A DNA stretch of 64,000 nt from Candidatus Fermentibacterota bacterium (lineage in GTDB: Bacteria; Fermentibacterota; Fermentibacteria; Fermentibacterales; JCC-6): the NCBI GenBank assembly GCA_014728175.1, contig WJMA01000063.1, forward strand, positions 34,413 to 98,412. Reading direction: 5' to 3'. Below, piece by piece: positions 16,831 to 27,548 of this stretch. Position numbers and translations under genes: made by a program. The notes beneath the pieces are model-generated. The model saw only the letters and a program-made list of their open reading frames with translations, made no database searches and was not told the origin of the DNA. How positions within the stretch are numbered: position 1 is the stretch's first letter; each line of letters begins with the position of its first letter.

Positions 16831-18859
16831 GAAACCTCCGGGAAAGGAGCCCGTACCTCCCCTGAAGATGGGCTGCTCCATGAGGACCCTCACCATGTGG
16901 CTCCTGGTGGCGCTGCTGGTTTTCACTATCTTCAGCTTCTTCTCGGAGGACAGGGGCAAGGTGGAGATATCCTACTCCCAGTTCCTCGACTACGTGGGCT
17001 CGGGCAACGTAGGCACTGTGGAGCTGGAAGCCGGAGGAGCGGTGGAGGGAGAGTTCATCTCTCCCCAGACCGTGGAGGGGGAGAGCTACGAGAGGTTCTC
17101 CAGCTTCGTGCCGTTCGAGGACACGGACGTGGTGGACTCCCTGCAGGCGCACGGGGTTAGCATAACGGCAAAGCCCGAGGGCATGGACTTCCTTCAGATC
17201 CTGTTCAGCGTGGCGCCCTTTCTGCTCCTGATAGGCTTCTGGATCTACATAATGCGCAACTCGGCCGGAGGGAGCAGGGCCTTCTCGTTCGGCAAGAGCA
17301 AGGCCAAGCTGTTCAGCAGCGACAAGCCCAAGGTTACCTTCGAGGACGTGGCCGGGGTGGAGGAGGCCAAGGAAGAGCTGAAGGAAGTAATCGGCTTCCT
17401 CGAGAACCCCAAGAGGTTCCAGAGGCTGGGTGGCAAGGTTCCCAAGGGCGTTCTGCTTCTGGGAGCCCCGGGAACGGGCAAGACCCTTCTGGCACGGGCG
17501 GTGGCGGGAGAGGCCGGCGTTCCGTTCTTCTCCATGAGCGGCTCAGACTTCGTGGAGATGTTCGTGGGAGTGGGCGCCAGCCGGGTGCGGGACCTTTTCG
17601 TCCAGGGCAAGGCCAAGGCCCCCTGTATAATCTTCATAGATGAGATCGACGCAGTGGGCCGACACCGCGGGGCCGGCCTGGGCGGTGGCCACGACGAGAG
17701 AGAGCAGACTCTCAATGCCCTGTTGGTGGAGATGGACGGCTTCGAGCCACACGAGAGCGTTATCGTGATGGCGGCCACCAACAGGCCGGACGTGCTGGAC
17801 CCGGCGCTGCTGCGGCCGGGAAGGTTCGACCGGCGGATCTTCGTGACCATGCCCGACGTGAAGGGCCGGGAGCAGATACTCAAGGTTCATACCAGAAAGA
17901 TGCCCCTGGACGAGGACGTCCGCTTCAGTGACCTGGCCAGGGCCACTCCGGGCTTCAGTGGCGCGGACATAGAGAACATGGCCAACGAGGCAGCCCTGTA
18001 CGCGGCCCGAAGGGGCGGACAGACCATCAGGCACTCCGACTTCGAGTACGCGATAGACCGCATAAGGATGGGCATTGAGCGCCGGAGCATGGTGATCAAT
18101 CCCGAGGAGAAAAAGCTGATAGCCGTTCACGAGAGCGGCCATGCGGTGGTGAACGTTTTCACCCCCAACACGGATCCGGTGCACAAGGTAACCATAGTGC
18201 CCCGGGGTCGGGCCCTGGGCGTGACCAGCATTCTGCCGCTGGACGACCGCCACAACTACACCCTCGACTACTGCATAGCCACCCTGGCCCGGATGCTGGG
18301 GGGAAGGGCGGCCGAGGTATTGTTTCTGGACAGTCTGAGCACCGGGGCGGGAGACGATTTGGAGAAGGCCACAACTCTGTCCAGGAAGATGGTGTGTGAG
18401 TGGGGAATGAGCGAGGAGCTGGGTCCGGTTACGCTGGGCGAGAGCAGCCAGCCGATATTCCTGGGTCGGGACATGAGCCGGGTGCGGAACTTCAGCGAGA
18501 ACACGGCCCAGCTGATCGACGCCGAGATAACCAGATTCGTGGAGGAGGCGTACAGAACCGCTCTTAACATATTGAAGGACAACGAGGACATACTGGACCG
18601 GATGGTCGAGCTTCTGCTGGAGAAGGAGACTCTGGACAGCAGGGAGATAGCCGAGCTTCTGCAGGAACTGCGCCCGGGGGAGGAGCTGCCGGGTGCGCCC
18701 CGCCCGCCCACCGAGGAGCAGGAGGAATCGGAGGAGGAAGCCGAGGAGGCCGACCAGGCGGGCTGTGAGTCCGACGAGGAAAGCGGGAAGAAGGATGAAC
18801 CGCAGGAAAGTGATGGAGGGAATCAGGCTGATCCTGGAGGGGATCGGGGAGAACCCTGA
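16820..18859 (+). CDS. ftsH: ATP-dependent zinc metalloprotease FtsH with an acidic C-terminal tail
   Basis: Walker [19 protein letters not shown]. Walker [33 protein letters not shown]. Zinc site HESGHA. I chose the ATG at 16820 inside the track ORF. Confidence 0.95.
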   Translation: MKDKKPPGKEPVPPLKMGCSMRTLTMWLLVALLVFTIFSFFSEDRGKVEISYSQFLDYVGSGNVGTVELEAGGAVEGEFISPQTVEGESYERFSSFVPFEDTDVVDSLQAHGVSITAKPEGMDFLQILFSVAPFLLLIGFWIYIMRNSAGGSRAFSFGKSKAKLFSSDKPKVTFEDVAGVEEAKEELKEVIGFLENPKRFQRLGGKVPKGVLLLGAPGTGKTLLARAVAGEAGVPFFSMSGSDFVEMFVGVGASRVRDLFVQGKAKAPCIIFIDEIDAVGRHRGAGLGGGHDEREQTLNALLVEMDGFEPHESVIVMAATNRPDVLDPALLRPGRFDRRIFVTMPDVKGREQILKVHTRKMPLDEDVRFSDLARATPGFSGADIENMANEAALYAARRGGQTIRHSDFEYAIDRIRMGIERRSMVINPEEKKLIAVHESGHAVVNVFTPNTDPVHKVTIVPRGRALGVTSILPLDDRHNYTLDYCIATLARMLGGRAAEVLFLDSLSTGAGDDLEKATTLSRKMVCEWGMSEELGPVTLGESSQPIFLGRDMSRVRNFSENTAQLIDAEITRFVEEAYRTALNILKDNEDILDRMVELLLEKETLDSREIAELLQELRPGEELPGAPRPPTEEQEESEEEAEEADQAGCESDEESGKKDEPQESDGGNQADPGGDRGEP

Positions 18860-19364
18860 ACGGGAAGGCCTGAGGGAAACCCCCCAGCGGGTAGCCGAAT
18901 CCATGGCCGAGCTGTGCCGAGGAGTGGACCGGTCCGGATGGAAAAAGATCTCCACCATGAGAGCGGACAATCAGAACGAGCTCATCATAGTAAAGGACAT
19001 AAGCTTCGCCTCCCTGTGCGAGCATCACCTGCTGCCCTTCGTGGGACGTTGCGACGTGGTCTATCTGCCCGCCAACGATCGCATCGCCGGGTTGAGCTCG
19101 ATAGTGGAGACGGTGGAGACCATGGCCGCCAGGCCCATGATCCAGGAGAGGCTGACCACCGAGATAGCCGACCGGCTGATGAAGGAGATAGGGGCCAAGG
19201 GCGTGATGGTGGTTATGGAGGCCGAGCACATGTGTCTGGCCATGCGGGGCGTCAAGAAGCGGGACTCCAGAATAGTCACCTCCGCCATGCGCGGCTACCT
19301 CAAGAAGCTGGAAACGCGTACCGAGGCTCTCTCGCTGATCGGCAGGAGCATCAACTCACGCTGA
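18795..19364 (+). CDS. folE: GTP cyclohydrolase I
   Basis: [26 protein letters not shown] and MVVMEAEHMC motifs. The start lies inside the ftsH 3' end. Confidence 0.9.
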   Translation: MNRRKVMEGIRLILEGIGENPEREGLRETPQRVAESMAELCRGVDRSGWKKISTMRADNQNELIIVKDISFASLCEHHLLPFVGRCDVVYLPANDRIAGLSSIVETVETMAARPMIQERLTTEIADRLMKEIGAKGVMVVMEAEHMCLAMRGVKKRDSRIVTSAMRGYLKKLETRTEALSLIGRSINSR

Positions 19365-19392
19365 CCCCCAGGGCGGTTAGGAAAGCTGTTCC

Positions 19393-20589
19393 ATGCGCAT
19401 CCGAAAGCTCTGTCTGGACAACGACTCGGACTGGCGGGAGGAGATAGACGGGGTAGGCGCCGATCCGGGCACCTGGGAAAGGGTACGCCGCAAGAACCGA
19501 GTTCTCGCTTTCCGGTTGGGCCCGCTGCCCTGCCCCGCGGCGAGCATCCTGAAGCAGGCCATGCTCTCCGCCGGAGGCGACGCCGTGGTGTCCAGACACA
19601 CCATAACCTGCTCCGAGAAGACCACCGACGCCCTGGTGTTCGGCTCTGAGAAAAACCTGCGGCGATGCGTGGAATCGCTTCGAGACCAGCCGTTCGGCCT
19701 ATCCGGGATCGCGGACAGGCTGGTCGCCCTTATGGAGAGCCCGGCTCTCCCCCCCAAGATGGATCTCGCCGAGCGCGTCCTTTCCTTCGAGAACCTTCCC
19801 CTGATCATGGGGATTCTCAACGTGACCCCCGATTCCTTCTCCGACGGAGGAGAGTTCCTGGAATCCGACAGAGCGGTGGAGTACGCTATCCGGATGGCCG
19901 AAGAGGGGGCGGCGGTGATAGACGTGGGTGGCGAGTCCACCCGTCCGGGGGCCGAGGAGGTCTCTCCGGAAGGTCAGCTGCGTAGAACGATTCCGGTGGT
20001 GGAGGCGCTGGCGGACGCCCTCTCTGCAACCGTTATCTCCATAGACACCTCCTCCCCCCGGGTGGCGTCGGAGGCCCTTCGGGCCGGAGCGGGAATCGTC
20101 AACGACGTTACCGCGCTGTCCGTGGAAGAGATGGCCCGAACGGTGGCCGACGCCGGGGCCGGGCTGATACTCATGCACATGCAGGGAACACCCAGGACCA
20201 TGCAGGCCGATCCCAGGTACGAGGACGTGGTGGGGGAGGTGTACGGGTTCTTGGAGGACCGGGTCGCCGTGGCGGTGGAGGCCGGAGTGGAAAGGAGCAG
20301 GATTATGGTGGACCCCGGCATAGGCTTCGGCAAGCTGTTGGGCCACAACCTGAGCCTTCTGAGACGGGCCGGGGAGCTGCGTTCCATGGGCTGCCGGGTT
20401 CTGGTGGGCCACTCCAGAAAGAGTTTCCTGGGCCAGCTAACCGGCATCGAGGACGCCGCGGAGAGGGATTCGGTGACCCGTCTGGTCTCGGTCCTGCTTG
20501 CGGGCAGGGTGGATATGCTTAGAGTACACGACGTGGGGGGCACGTTGGAGGCCCTGGAGATAGCGAGAACCCTGATCGGAGGGGACTGA
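19393..20589 (+). CDS. folP: Dihydropteroate synthase with an N-terminal extension of about 134 aa
   Basis: The DHPS core begins at LIMGILNVTPDSFSDGG, with DVGGESTRPG and VDPGIGFGK. The preceding 134 residues are not part of the canonical DHPS barrel. Confidence 0.9.
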   Translation: MRIRKLCLDNDSDWREEIDGVGADPGTWERVRRKNRVLAFRLGPLPCPAASILKQAMLSAGGDAVVSRHTITCSEKTTDALVFGSEKNLRRCVESLRDQPFGLSGIADRLVALMESPALPPKMDLAERVLSFENLPLIMGILNVTPDSFSDGGEFLESDRAVEYAIRMAEEGAAVIDVGGESTRPGAEEVSPEGQLRRTIPVVEALADALSATVISIDTSSPRVASEALRAGAGIVNDVTALSVEEMARTVADAGAGLILMHMQGTPRTMQADPRYEDVVGEVYGFLEDRVAVAVEAGVERSRIMVDPGIGFGKLLGHNLSLLRRAGELRSMGCRVLVGHSRKSFLGQLTGIEDAAERDSVTRLVSVLLAGRVDMLRVHDVGGTLEALEIARTLIGGD

Positions 20590-20591
20590 GA

Positions 20592-21365
20592 ATGTTCGCG
20601 CCACTGGGACACGAGCTGCTGAGTGGATTCTGGCTGGCCCAGGTGGTGGATATACTCATAATCGCCGCCATAGTGAGGGTTATCGTAGGGCAGCTGTGGA
20701 AGACCCCGGCGATGACAGTCATCGCCGTCTTCGCGTTCGTGCTTCTCCTGGGAATATTCCTCCGGCAGCTGCAACTGTTCACGGTCGGCTATCTGATAGA
20801 ACGGCTCACCAGCGTTCTCTTCATAGCCGTGGTGGTCATCTTCCACCAGGAGATAAGGTCCATGCTGGCCAACTTCGGCCGATACCTGTCCCGGGCCTTC
20901 GGGGGCGCGGCATGGACAGAGCACAGCACGATCCAATTTATAGTGGAAGCCTGCGGCATGATGAGGAGCAGGGATATAGGTGGTCTTTTCGTCCTGGAGA
21001 GGTCGGAGAATCCGGAAAGGATGTACTCCGACGTGGTTCGGCTGGGAAGGCTGGACGTTACTCCCGAGCTTCTGGTCGCCCTGTTCACCCCTCCCGGCCC
21101 CCTCCATGACGGGGCGGTCATAGTAAGGAACGACTCCGTGGTAATGGCTCACGCCATACTTCCGCTGTCCGGCCGTACCTACTTCCGGCCGCGTCTGGGA
21201 ACCAGGCATAGGGCGGCCCTGGGAATTACAGAGCGCTCCGACGCGGTGGCAGTGGTGGTGAGCGAGGAGACCGGGCTGTTCAGGATAGCCAACGAAGGTG
21301 AGCTGGAAGGTCCCCTGAGCTCCGAGCGGCTGACCGAGCGGCTGCTGGAGCTGGCGGGCCACTGA
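20592..21365 (+). CDS. cdaA: Diadenylate cyclase CdaA (membrane-anchored DAC domain)
   Basis: Three N-terminal TM helices. DAC motifs PLHDGAVIV and GTRHRAALGITE, and VVSEETG. Confidence 0.9.
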   Translation: MFAPLGHELLSGFWLAQVVDILIIAAIVRVIVGQLWKTPAMTVIAVFAFVLLLGIFLRQLQLFTVGYLIERLTSVLFIAVVVIFHQEIRSMLANFGRYLSRAFGGAAWTEHSTIQFIVEACGMMRSRDIGGLFVLERSENPERMYSDVVRLGRLDVTPELLVALFTPPGPLHDGAVIVRNDSVVMAHAILPLSGRTYFRPRLGTRHRAALGITERSDAVAVVVSEETGLFRIANEGELEGPLSSERLTERLLELAGH

Positions 21366-21370
21366 CCAAA

Positions 21371-22195
21371 ATGGCGGAACAGCCTCTAAAAGATCTGTAT
21401 CGGCAGCTTTCCGACCGGTTGGAGCTGGCCCTTCTGGATTACTCCGAGGACACTCCCCGGGGTTTGACGGCCGTCATGCGAATGGCACTGGAGGGATCCG
21501 GCCTGCGGGAGTTCGCCCTGCTGGCGCCCGCCTCGGCGCGGTGGTGCGGCCGGTCCCCGGAGGAAGGCCTTCCGGTCGCGGTTGCGGTACGATTCCTCAC
21601 CGCTTTCCTGTACGCGCATTCCTGCCTGCCGGACGTAGACCGCTGGCCCTACGGCGACCCTTTGCCTCAGGACGTGGATCAGGCCTCCCTGATCCTGTCC
21701 GGCGACGCCTTTCCCCCCATGGCGGTAAGACATCTCTACCGGACCGGAGGCAGACACACCGTGCTGCTGATCGAGGCCCTGGTGGACTCCATGGGCGCAA
21801 GCGGCATTCTGGCCGGATTATCCCTCCACCTGGACTGCAGGGATGGCGGGGGAACCGAGCTTCCGGAGGGAAGGGAACCCGGCGAGCTGCACGGAGGTCG
21901 ATTGGCGCAGTTCGCATCCAAGGGAGGAGCGGTGATCGCGGGAGGCAACACGGCGGAGATAGACGATTGTGCACTGGCCGGGCTGAAGATAGGGCTGGGC
22001 ATGGACGTACTGGTGGGGATGGCCACCGACGAGATGCTGGGCCCGGAAAGACGCAAGGAACTGTCCCTGGAGGCGACCAACCATCTCGACGAGGCGGAAA
22101 CCATAGTGGGCTCCGGGGAGAGGAGCGAGATATTCAGGACGTTGATCGAAGGATTCCGCAGGCGGTTTCCATCCTCTCCCGGGGAGCTGTTCTGA
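21371..22195 (+). CDS. Polyprenyl (trans-isoprenyl diphosphate) synthase-like protein with both Asp-rich motifs degenerate
   Basis: The overall layout matches the family (ILSGDAF resembles ILAGDAL). However, the first DDxxD position reads LPDVD and the second reads GMDVLVG. Confidence 0.6.
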   Translation: MAEQPLKDLYRQLSDRLELALLDYSEDTPRGLTAVMRMALEGSGLREFALLAPASARWCGRSPEEGLPVAVAVRFLTAFLYAHSCLPDVDRWPYGDPLPQDVDQASLILSGDAFPPMAVRHLYRTGGRHTVLLIEALVDSMGASGILAGLSLHLDCRDGGGTELPEGREPGELHGGRLAQFASKGGAVIAGGNTAEIDDCALAGLKIGLGMDVLVGMATDEMLGPERRKELSLEATNHLDEAETIVGSGERSEIFRTLIEGFRRRFPSSPGELF

Positions 22196-22199
22196 TCGG

Positions 22200-24605
22200 T
22201 TAGAGCAGGTCGTACGGGTCCACGTCCACGTCCAGACGCACCCCCCGGGTCCGGAGTCGCTCGAACCTTTCCCGGACCGCTGAGCTGAGCCTGGACAACG
22301 GACCCCTTCTCTCCGCTCTGGCCAAAGCGCTCCACCTGTACCTGCGGTTGATCCGCCCCAGAACGGCGGGAGTGGGCCGGTAGAAGCGCACGCCCTCCGG
22401 AGCGGTGACCGAGGACGAGCTCGTGGCCGCATCTCTAACCCTCCCTTCGTTTCTGCCGCTCCATACGAACCTGACCAGATATCCGCAGGGAGGGTACCCG
22501 AACCTTTCGCGCACGGAGATCTCTTCCTCCCAGAACCGCGAGTAGTCGTGCACCGCGGCGGCCTTGATAACCGGATTCTCCGGGTCGTGGGTCTGAACTA
22601 TCACCTCTCCGGGGATGTCTCCCCTGCCCGCTCTTCCTCCCACCTGAAGAAGCAGCTGGAAGACCCTCTCGGCGGCCCTGAAATCCGGAAAGGCCAGGCC
22701 CTGGTCGGCGGCTATCACTCCCACCAGGGTAACCCTGGGGAAATCGTGGCCCTTGGCCACCATCTGCGTTCCCAGCAGCACGTCCCCTTCCCCCCGGGCG
22801 AAGCTGGAGAGAATCCGCCAATGGGACCTCCTTCCGGTGGTGGTGTCCGCGTCCATCCTTATCACTCTGGTTTGGGGCAGCAGCTCACCCAGCGCCTCCT
22901 GTACCTTCTGGATGCCGGGTCCCAGGTGGGAGAAGGCGTCGGCTCCGCACTCGGGACAGTGGGTCAGGGCGGGTTTCCAATAGGGGCAATGGTGGCAGCG
23001 TAGCGCGTTACCCTTGCGGTGGTAGGTAAGGGTTATTCCGCACCTCGGACAGATCTCCCTGTGGCCGCAGTTGCGGCAAACCTGGGTGGGAGCGAAGCCC
23101 CGACGGTTGATAAGGACTATGCACTGCTCTCCTCTGGCGGTCCTCTTTCCGATGCCTGCCAGCAGCCGGTCGGAGAGGTGGGGGTGGCCCATGTCGGAGG
23201 TGGCTACGATCGTGGTGGCGGGCATGGGACGGGAGTCGATCCTCCGGGGAAGCTCGGCCAGCCCGTACTTGCCGGACAGGGCGTTGGAGTAGCTCTCCAT
23301 GGATGGGCTGGCCGATCCCAGGATGACCGGCACTCCCTCCCGTCGGCCCCTGGCGACGGCCAGATCCCTGGCGTGGTAGTGGGGATGCTCACCCTGCTTG
23401 TAGCTCAGGTCGTGTTCCTCGTCCACCACAATGACGCCCAGATCGGAGAGGGGAGCGAAGACGGCGCTTCTTGCTCCCACCGCTATTCTGCGCCGACCCT
23501 CGCGGATCAGCTTCCAGCTGTCGAATCTCTCGCCCCGTGACATGCCGCTGTGCAACACCGCCACCTTTCCGGGAAAACGGGCCTCGAACCTGGAGACGGT
23601 CAGGGGGGTGAGCGAGATCTCGGGAATAAGGACCAGGGCCGTCTTGCCTTCCCGCAGAAGCTCCTCTATCGCCCGCAGATAGACCTCGGTCTTGCCGCTG
23701 CCCGTGACCCCGTGCAGAAGAAGCACCCCGAAGCCTCCATGAAGACTCCGCACCTTTTCCAGCGCCGACCGCTGGGGCTCGGTAAGGGTAGGAGCGGAGC
23801 CTTCTCCGACCTCGAGGTCGGACAGGGGATCCCTGTATACCCTCATGGTACTTTCGGTTACCAGGCCCTTTGCTCTCAATCCGTTAAGGGAGGATCTGGA
23901 GGCTTTGGCCCTGGAAAGCAGGTCTGTGGCGGGGACCGGAGGATCGCTGAGCGATAGCTGGAAGATCAGCTCGGCCTGCTTGGGAGCCGTGGATTTGAGC
24001 CTGTGGGCCAGCTTGGTAAGATCTACGACGCCCTCGGCCGGAGAGATCATGGTCCGGGTGGGAACCGACGGTCGATTGTGGGGTCGCCAGGCCAGCTCGA
24101 TTTCTCCCCGGGCCCGCAGCCTTCGCAGCTTCTCCTGCGGGTCGGTTTTCCCGTGGTCCTCTTTGGAAAGCTTGTCCACCCTGAGCCATCTATCGGAGCT
24201 CAGTAACGGGAAACCTCCCACCGGGCAGGCCCCCTCCACCGCCCTGGCCATCAGGACGGCTCTGCCGTAGGTCCCGGGGGGAAGGGCCGCCGCCATCATC
24301 ATCCCCGGAGGGGCCTGGTAGTAGCCGGCCGCCCACTCCACCAACCCCAGAACGGACGGGGGCAGGAGGGGGCTTTGGTCCAGCCTGTCGATAACCTTTT
24401 TCAAGCCCCGGGGCTTGCTGCCCCGGTGGGGACCCCAGAGAAATCCAACCAGGACGCTGCTGCCGAACGGCACCACCACCCGGCAGCCCAAGAGGTCGCC
24501 TCCGGACAGCTCGGAGGAGAACCTGTAGGTGTAGGTCCGCCACACCGGCCTGGGGACGGCTACTCTCACCAGAAGCGGGTTGTCATTTCTTTTTATCCCC
24601 GCCAT
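22200..24605 (-). CDS. priA: Primosomal protein N' (replication restart helicase PriA)
   Basis: Walker A HGVTGSGKTEVY. DEEH box VVDEEHD. Cys-rich zinc region CRNCGHREICPRCG...CHHCPY...CPECG. I chose the ATG at 24605 inside the 973-aa track ORF. Confidence 0.9.
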   Translation of the reverse strand: MAGIKRNDNPLLVRVAVPRPVWRTYTYRFSSELSGGDLLGCRVVVPFGSSVLVGFLWGPHRGSKPRGLKKVIDRLDQSPLLPPSVLGLVEWAAGYYQAPPGMMMAAALPPGTYGRAVLMARAVEGACPVGGFPLLSSDRWLRVDKLSKEDHGKTDPQEKLRRLRARGEIELAWRPHNRPSVPTRTMISPAEGVVDLTKLAHRLKSTAPKQAELIFQLSLSDPPVPATDLLSRAKASRSSLNGLRAKGLVTESTMRVYRDPLSDLEVGEGSAPTLTEPQRSALEKVRSLHGGFGVLLLHGVTGSGKTEVYLRAIEELLREGKTALVLIPEISLTPLTVSRFEARFPGKVAVLHSGMSRGERFDSWKLIREGRRRIAVGARSAVFAPLSDLGVIVVDEEHDLSYKQGEHPHYHARDLAVARGRREGVPVILGSASPSMESYSNALSGKYGLAELPRRIDSRPMPATTIVATSDMGHPHLSDRLLAGIGKRTARGEQCIVLINRRGFAPTQVCRNCGHREICPRCGITLTYHRKGNALRCHHCPYWKPALTHCPECGADAFSHLGPGIQKVQEALGELLPQTRVIRMDADTTTGRRSHWRILSSFARGEGDVLLGTQMVAKGHDFPRVTLVGVIAADQGLAFPDFRAAERVFQLLLQVGGRAGRGDIPGEVIVQTHDPENPVIKAAAVHDYSRFWEEEISVRERFGYPPCGYLVRFVWSGRNEGRVRDAATSSSSVTAPEGVRFYRPTPAVLGRINRRYRWSALARAERRGPLSRLSSAVRERFERLRTRGVRLDVDVDPYDLL

Positions 24606-25903
24606 CACGGAGTTCCGTCGAAGCCCGGCACCAGGATCCGTGCCCTTTTCCACAGCTCGGCGCGAAGATGGAGCAGGTCTACGGATGCGTCGGTCAGCGT
24701 GGGGAACGAGCTGTTCCGGTAAAGCACGTCGCCTCCGACCATGGTAAGCCTGTTTCTGGCCGGCCAGGAAAGCTCCAGAAGGTACCGGGTGGGGTCCTCT
24801 GCCCTCTCCAGCTCGTCCCATTCCTGCTCTCGGGGCTCTATCAGGGCCAGATCGGCCTGCCAGCCTTTCTCCAGACGTCCTACCCGGGCCCACCCCATGG
24901 CTCGGGCCGCTCTCTCCGTGCACGAGGAGAGCCAAAAGGACCCCGCGATCCGAAGGCCTTTCGGCTTCAAGGCGGCCAGACCCGCGGCCAGCCGACAGAC
25001 GTCGGCCAGATCCAGGGAATTGCCGCAGGCGGCTCCGTCGCTTCCCAGCAACACGTCGATTTCCCGGGAGCTCAAATCGGGGACATCGGCTATCCCGCTG
25101 CCCAACCGCAGGTTGGCCCACGGGCAGTGAACCACGGCGGTAGAGGAGGAGGCGAGAATGTCTGCCTCTCCGGGGCGGAGATGCACGCAGTGAGCCAGAA
25201 GCGTTCTTCCCTTCAGGGCTCCCCTTTCGGCGAGGAACCTGACGTTCCCCCCGGCGGCATCGACCTCCGGCTGACGCAGCTCTTCGCCGGTCTCCGCACA
25301 GTGGGTGGCCAGAGGCCGGTCACCGCGTTCGGATTCGACCCAGGCCCACAGCCGGTCCGAGCAGGACAGGGCGAAGCGTGGTGCCCAGGCGTAACCCACC
25401 CTGCCTCTGCAAGCCGACCTGATCCTCGCCGTCTCCTCCCTCAGCCACCCCTGCGGACGGGCGATGTACTCGGGCCCCCGGTCCATCAGGGTATTGCCGA
25501 CCAGCGCCCGGATGCCCGAGCGGACCAGCAGGTCCACGATCACCCCGGTGTTCTCCACCGCCCCCATGTCCATGAGGCCCGTACAACCCGAGGAGAGCAG
25601 CTCCCGCAGGGAGAGGATCACCGAAGCGGCCATCGTTTCCTCGTCCAGGGAAGCCTCCAGCGGCCAGATCCTCCGCCGAAGCCAGGGCAGAAGGGCCCTG
25701 TTCTCGGCCATGCCCCGCATTACGGTCTGACAGAGGTGCAGATGGGACTGGATCAGGCCGGGGACCGCCACACAGTCCCGGTACGGCCCTTGCGAAGCGG
25801 CCGGTGAGATCCCGGCGAGCGCCCCGTTCTCCACGCGCAGGAGCCAACCTCCGTCCCGGAGGCCTTCTTTCGGGGTCAACACCGCTCGAACCGAGAGCTC
25901 CAT
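24605..25903 (-). CDS. Amidohydrolase-superfamily deaminase (MTA/SAH deaminase MtaD-like)
   Basis: Metal-binding motif PGLIQSHLHLCQT. CVHL, GSDGAA. Its stop overlaps the priA ATG (ATGA). Confidence 0.75.
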   Translation of the reverse strand: MELSVRAVLTPKEGLRDGGWLLRVENGALAGISPAASQGPYRDCVAVPGLIQSHLHLCQTVMRGMAENRALLPWLRRRIWPLEASLDEETMAASVILSLRELLSSGCTGLMDMGAVENTGVIVDLLVRSGIRALVGNTLMDRGPEYIARPQGWLREETARIRSACRGRVGYAWAPRFALSCSDRLWAWVESERGDRPLATHCAETGEELRQPEVDAAGGNVRFLAERGALKGRTLLAHCVHLRPGEADILASSSTAVVHCPWANLRLGSGIADVPDLSSREIDVLLGSDGAACGNSLDLADVCRLAAGLAALKPKGLRIAGSFWLSSCTERAARAMGWARVGRLEKGWQADLALIEPREQEWDELERAEDPTRYLLELSWPARNRLTMVGGDVLYRNSSFPTLTDASVDLLHLRAELWKRARILVPGFDGTP

Positions 25904-26075
25904 CCGATCCTTTCCCCTTGGAGTGGTGAGCCGGCCACAGGGGGATATATAGCAAACCCGAAGGCCGGTTGAAGATCCTTCCCTCCCTAATCGCAGATTG
26001 ACATCGACGTTTCTACCTGCATTCGTACTACTCTCCGCCCTTACGCTCCGGAGGACCGGGAAGGGGGCGCGGACC

Positions 26076-27548
26076 ATGAGATGCGTGGCGGTGGACGTAG
26101 GAGCTGGAAGCGGCCGGGTGCTGTTGGGCAGCTTTGGCGAAGGGCGAATTGAGCTGGAGGAGCTCCATCGCTTCGGGAACGCTCCCGTGAGCCGCGGGGG
26201 TCACCTGCGATGGGACGTCGACCGGCTGTTCGACGAGATTCGCGCCGGTCTTGCCCTGGTCCGGGAACGGACCGGAGCGGCTCCAGACAGCATCGGCGTG
26301 AATACCTGGGGAGTAGACTTCGTACTGCTGGATGGAGACGGGAATCTCCTGGACCTGCCGGTTTCCTACCGCGATCACCGCACCAAGGGCCGGATGGATT
26401 CCTTCCTGCGCAGGTTCGACGCCCGGCGGTTGTACGCCAGGACCGGCATCCAGTTCCTGAGGATAAACACCCTCTACCAGCTCTGCGCCCTGGTCGAGGA
26501 CTCTCCGGAGCTCCTGAAAAGGGCCGACCGGTTGCTCATGATCCCCGACTACCTTCATTACCGGCTCTCCGGGAGGATGGCCATGGAGCTTACGAACGCC
26601 ACTACCACCCAGATGGTGAACGTCCATCGATCGGAGTGGGACCCCGAGATTCTACGGGCCGTTCCCCTGCCCGAATCGCTCCTCAGTACTCCCGTCCGGC
26701 CGGGAACCCGGCTGGGCACGGTGGATGCGTCGGCCTGCGACCTGCCCGGCCTGGAGAACACCGAGGTTGTCGTTCCGGCCACCCACGACACGGCCTCCGC
26801 GGTGGCCGCCTGCCCGGCGGTGGAGGACGAATGGGCCTTCGTGAGCTCCGGCACCTGGTGCTTGATGGGCACCGAGCTGGCCGAGCCGGTGGTCGACGAG
26901 GAGGCGCGGAGGCTGAACTTCACGAACGAGGGAGGGGCGGGGGAAACCTACTGCTTCCTCAGAAACCTGACCGGCTTGTGGATACTGCGGGGACTACGGG
27001 ATTCCCTCCCGGGAGCGCCCTCCTACGACGATATGGAGAGGATGGCTGAGAGGGCGGAGCCCCTTCGCCGACTCATAGACCCTGACCATCCGCTATTCTT
27101 CCACCCGGAGTCGATGACCGCCGCCGTGGATGAGTACTGCCGCAGGACCGGCCAGGAGGCCCCGGCCAAGGCGGGGGAGTACGTCAGATGCGCGCTGGAG
27201 AGCTTGGCCCTGAGCTTCGCCCGGACCCTGGAGCATCTGCGGAGGGTCCAGCCGAAGGAGATCTCACGCGTCCACATGGTGGGCGGCGGTTGCCGCAGCC
27301 GGCTTCTGGGCAGAATGGCCTGCGACTCCATGCAGCTGCCGTTGATCTGTGGGCCGGTGGAAGCGGCGGCCTTGGGCAACCTGCTGGTTCAGGCCGTATC
27401 CCTGGGAGAGCTTCCCGACCTGGCATCGGCACGCAGGCTGGCTTATAGCTCTGTTGGAGCGCGGAGCTACGAACCCGGGGACGCCCAGCCGTGGGGGGAG
27501 GCGGTCGAACGTTTCCGCCGATTGACCGGAGAAGGGGGCGATTTTTGA
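26076..27548 (+). CDS. rhaB: Rhamnulokinase
   Basis: FGGY-kinase N-terminus [16 protein letters not shown]...LHRFGN, close to enterobacterial RhaB. Followed by rhaA and rhaD. Confidence 0.85.
   Translation: MRCVAVDVGAGSGRVLLGSFGEGRIELEELHRFGNAPVSRGGHLRWDVDRLFDEIRAGLALVRERTGAAPDSIGVNTWGVDFVLLDGDGNLLDLPVSYRDHRTKGRMDSFLRRFDARRLYARTGIQFLRINTLYQLCALVEDSPELLKRADRLLMIPDYLHYRLSGRMAMELTNATTTQMVNVHRSEWDPEILRAVPLPESLLSTPVRPGTRLGTVDASACDLPGLENTEVVVPATHDTASAVAACPAVEDEWAFVSSGTWCLMGTELAEPVVDEEARRLNFTNEGGAGETYCFLRNLTGLWILRGLRDSLPGAPSYDDMERMAERAEPLRRLIDPDHPLFFHPESMTAAVDEYCRRTGQEAPAKAGEYVRCALESLALSFARTLEHLRRVQPKEISRVHMVGGGCRSRLLGRMACDSMQLPLICGPVEAAALGNLLVQAVSLGELPDLASARRLAYSSVGARSYEPGDAQPWGEAVERFRRLTGEGGDF

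Noticed and set aside
24606-25121. Upstream 172 codons of the 973-aa priA track ORF. Similar 5' extensions occur on the ORFs at 42479, 49977, 50609, 61880, 32595 and 18693.
   Set aside because: The extensions are low-complexity and overlap the 3' ends of the preceding, well-supported genes. Conserved N-termini and stop/start overlaps identify the internal starts.
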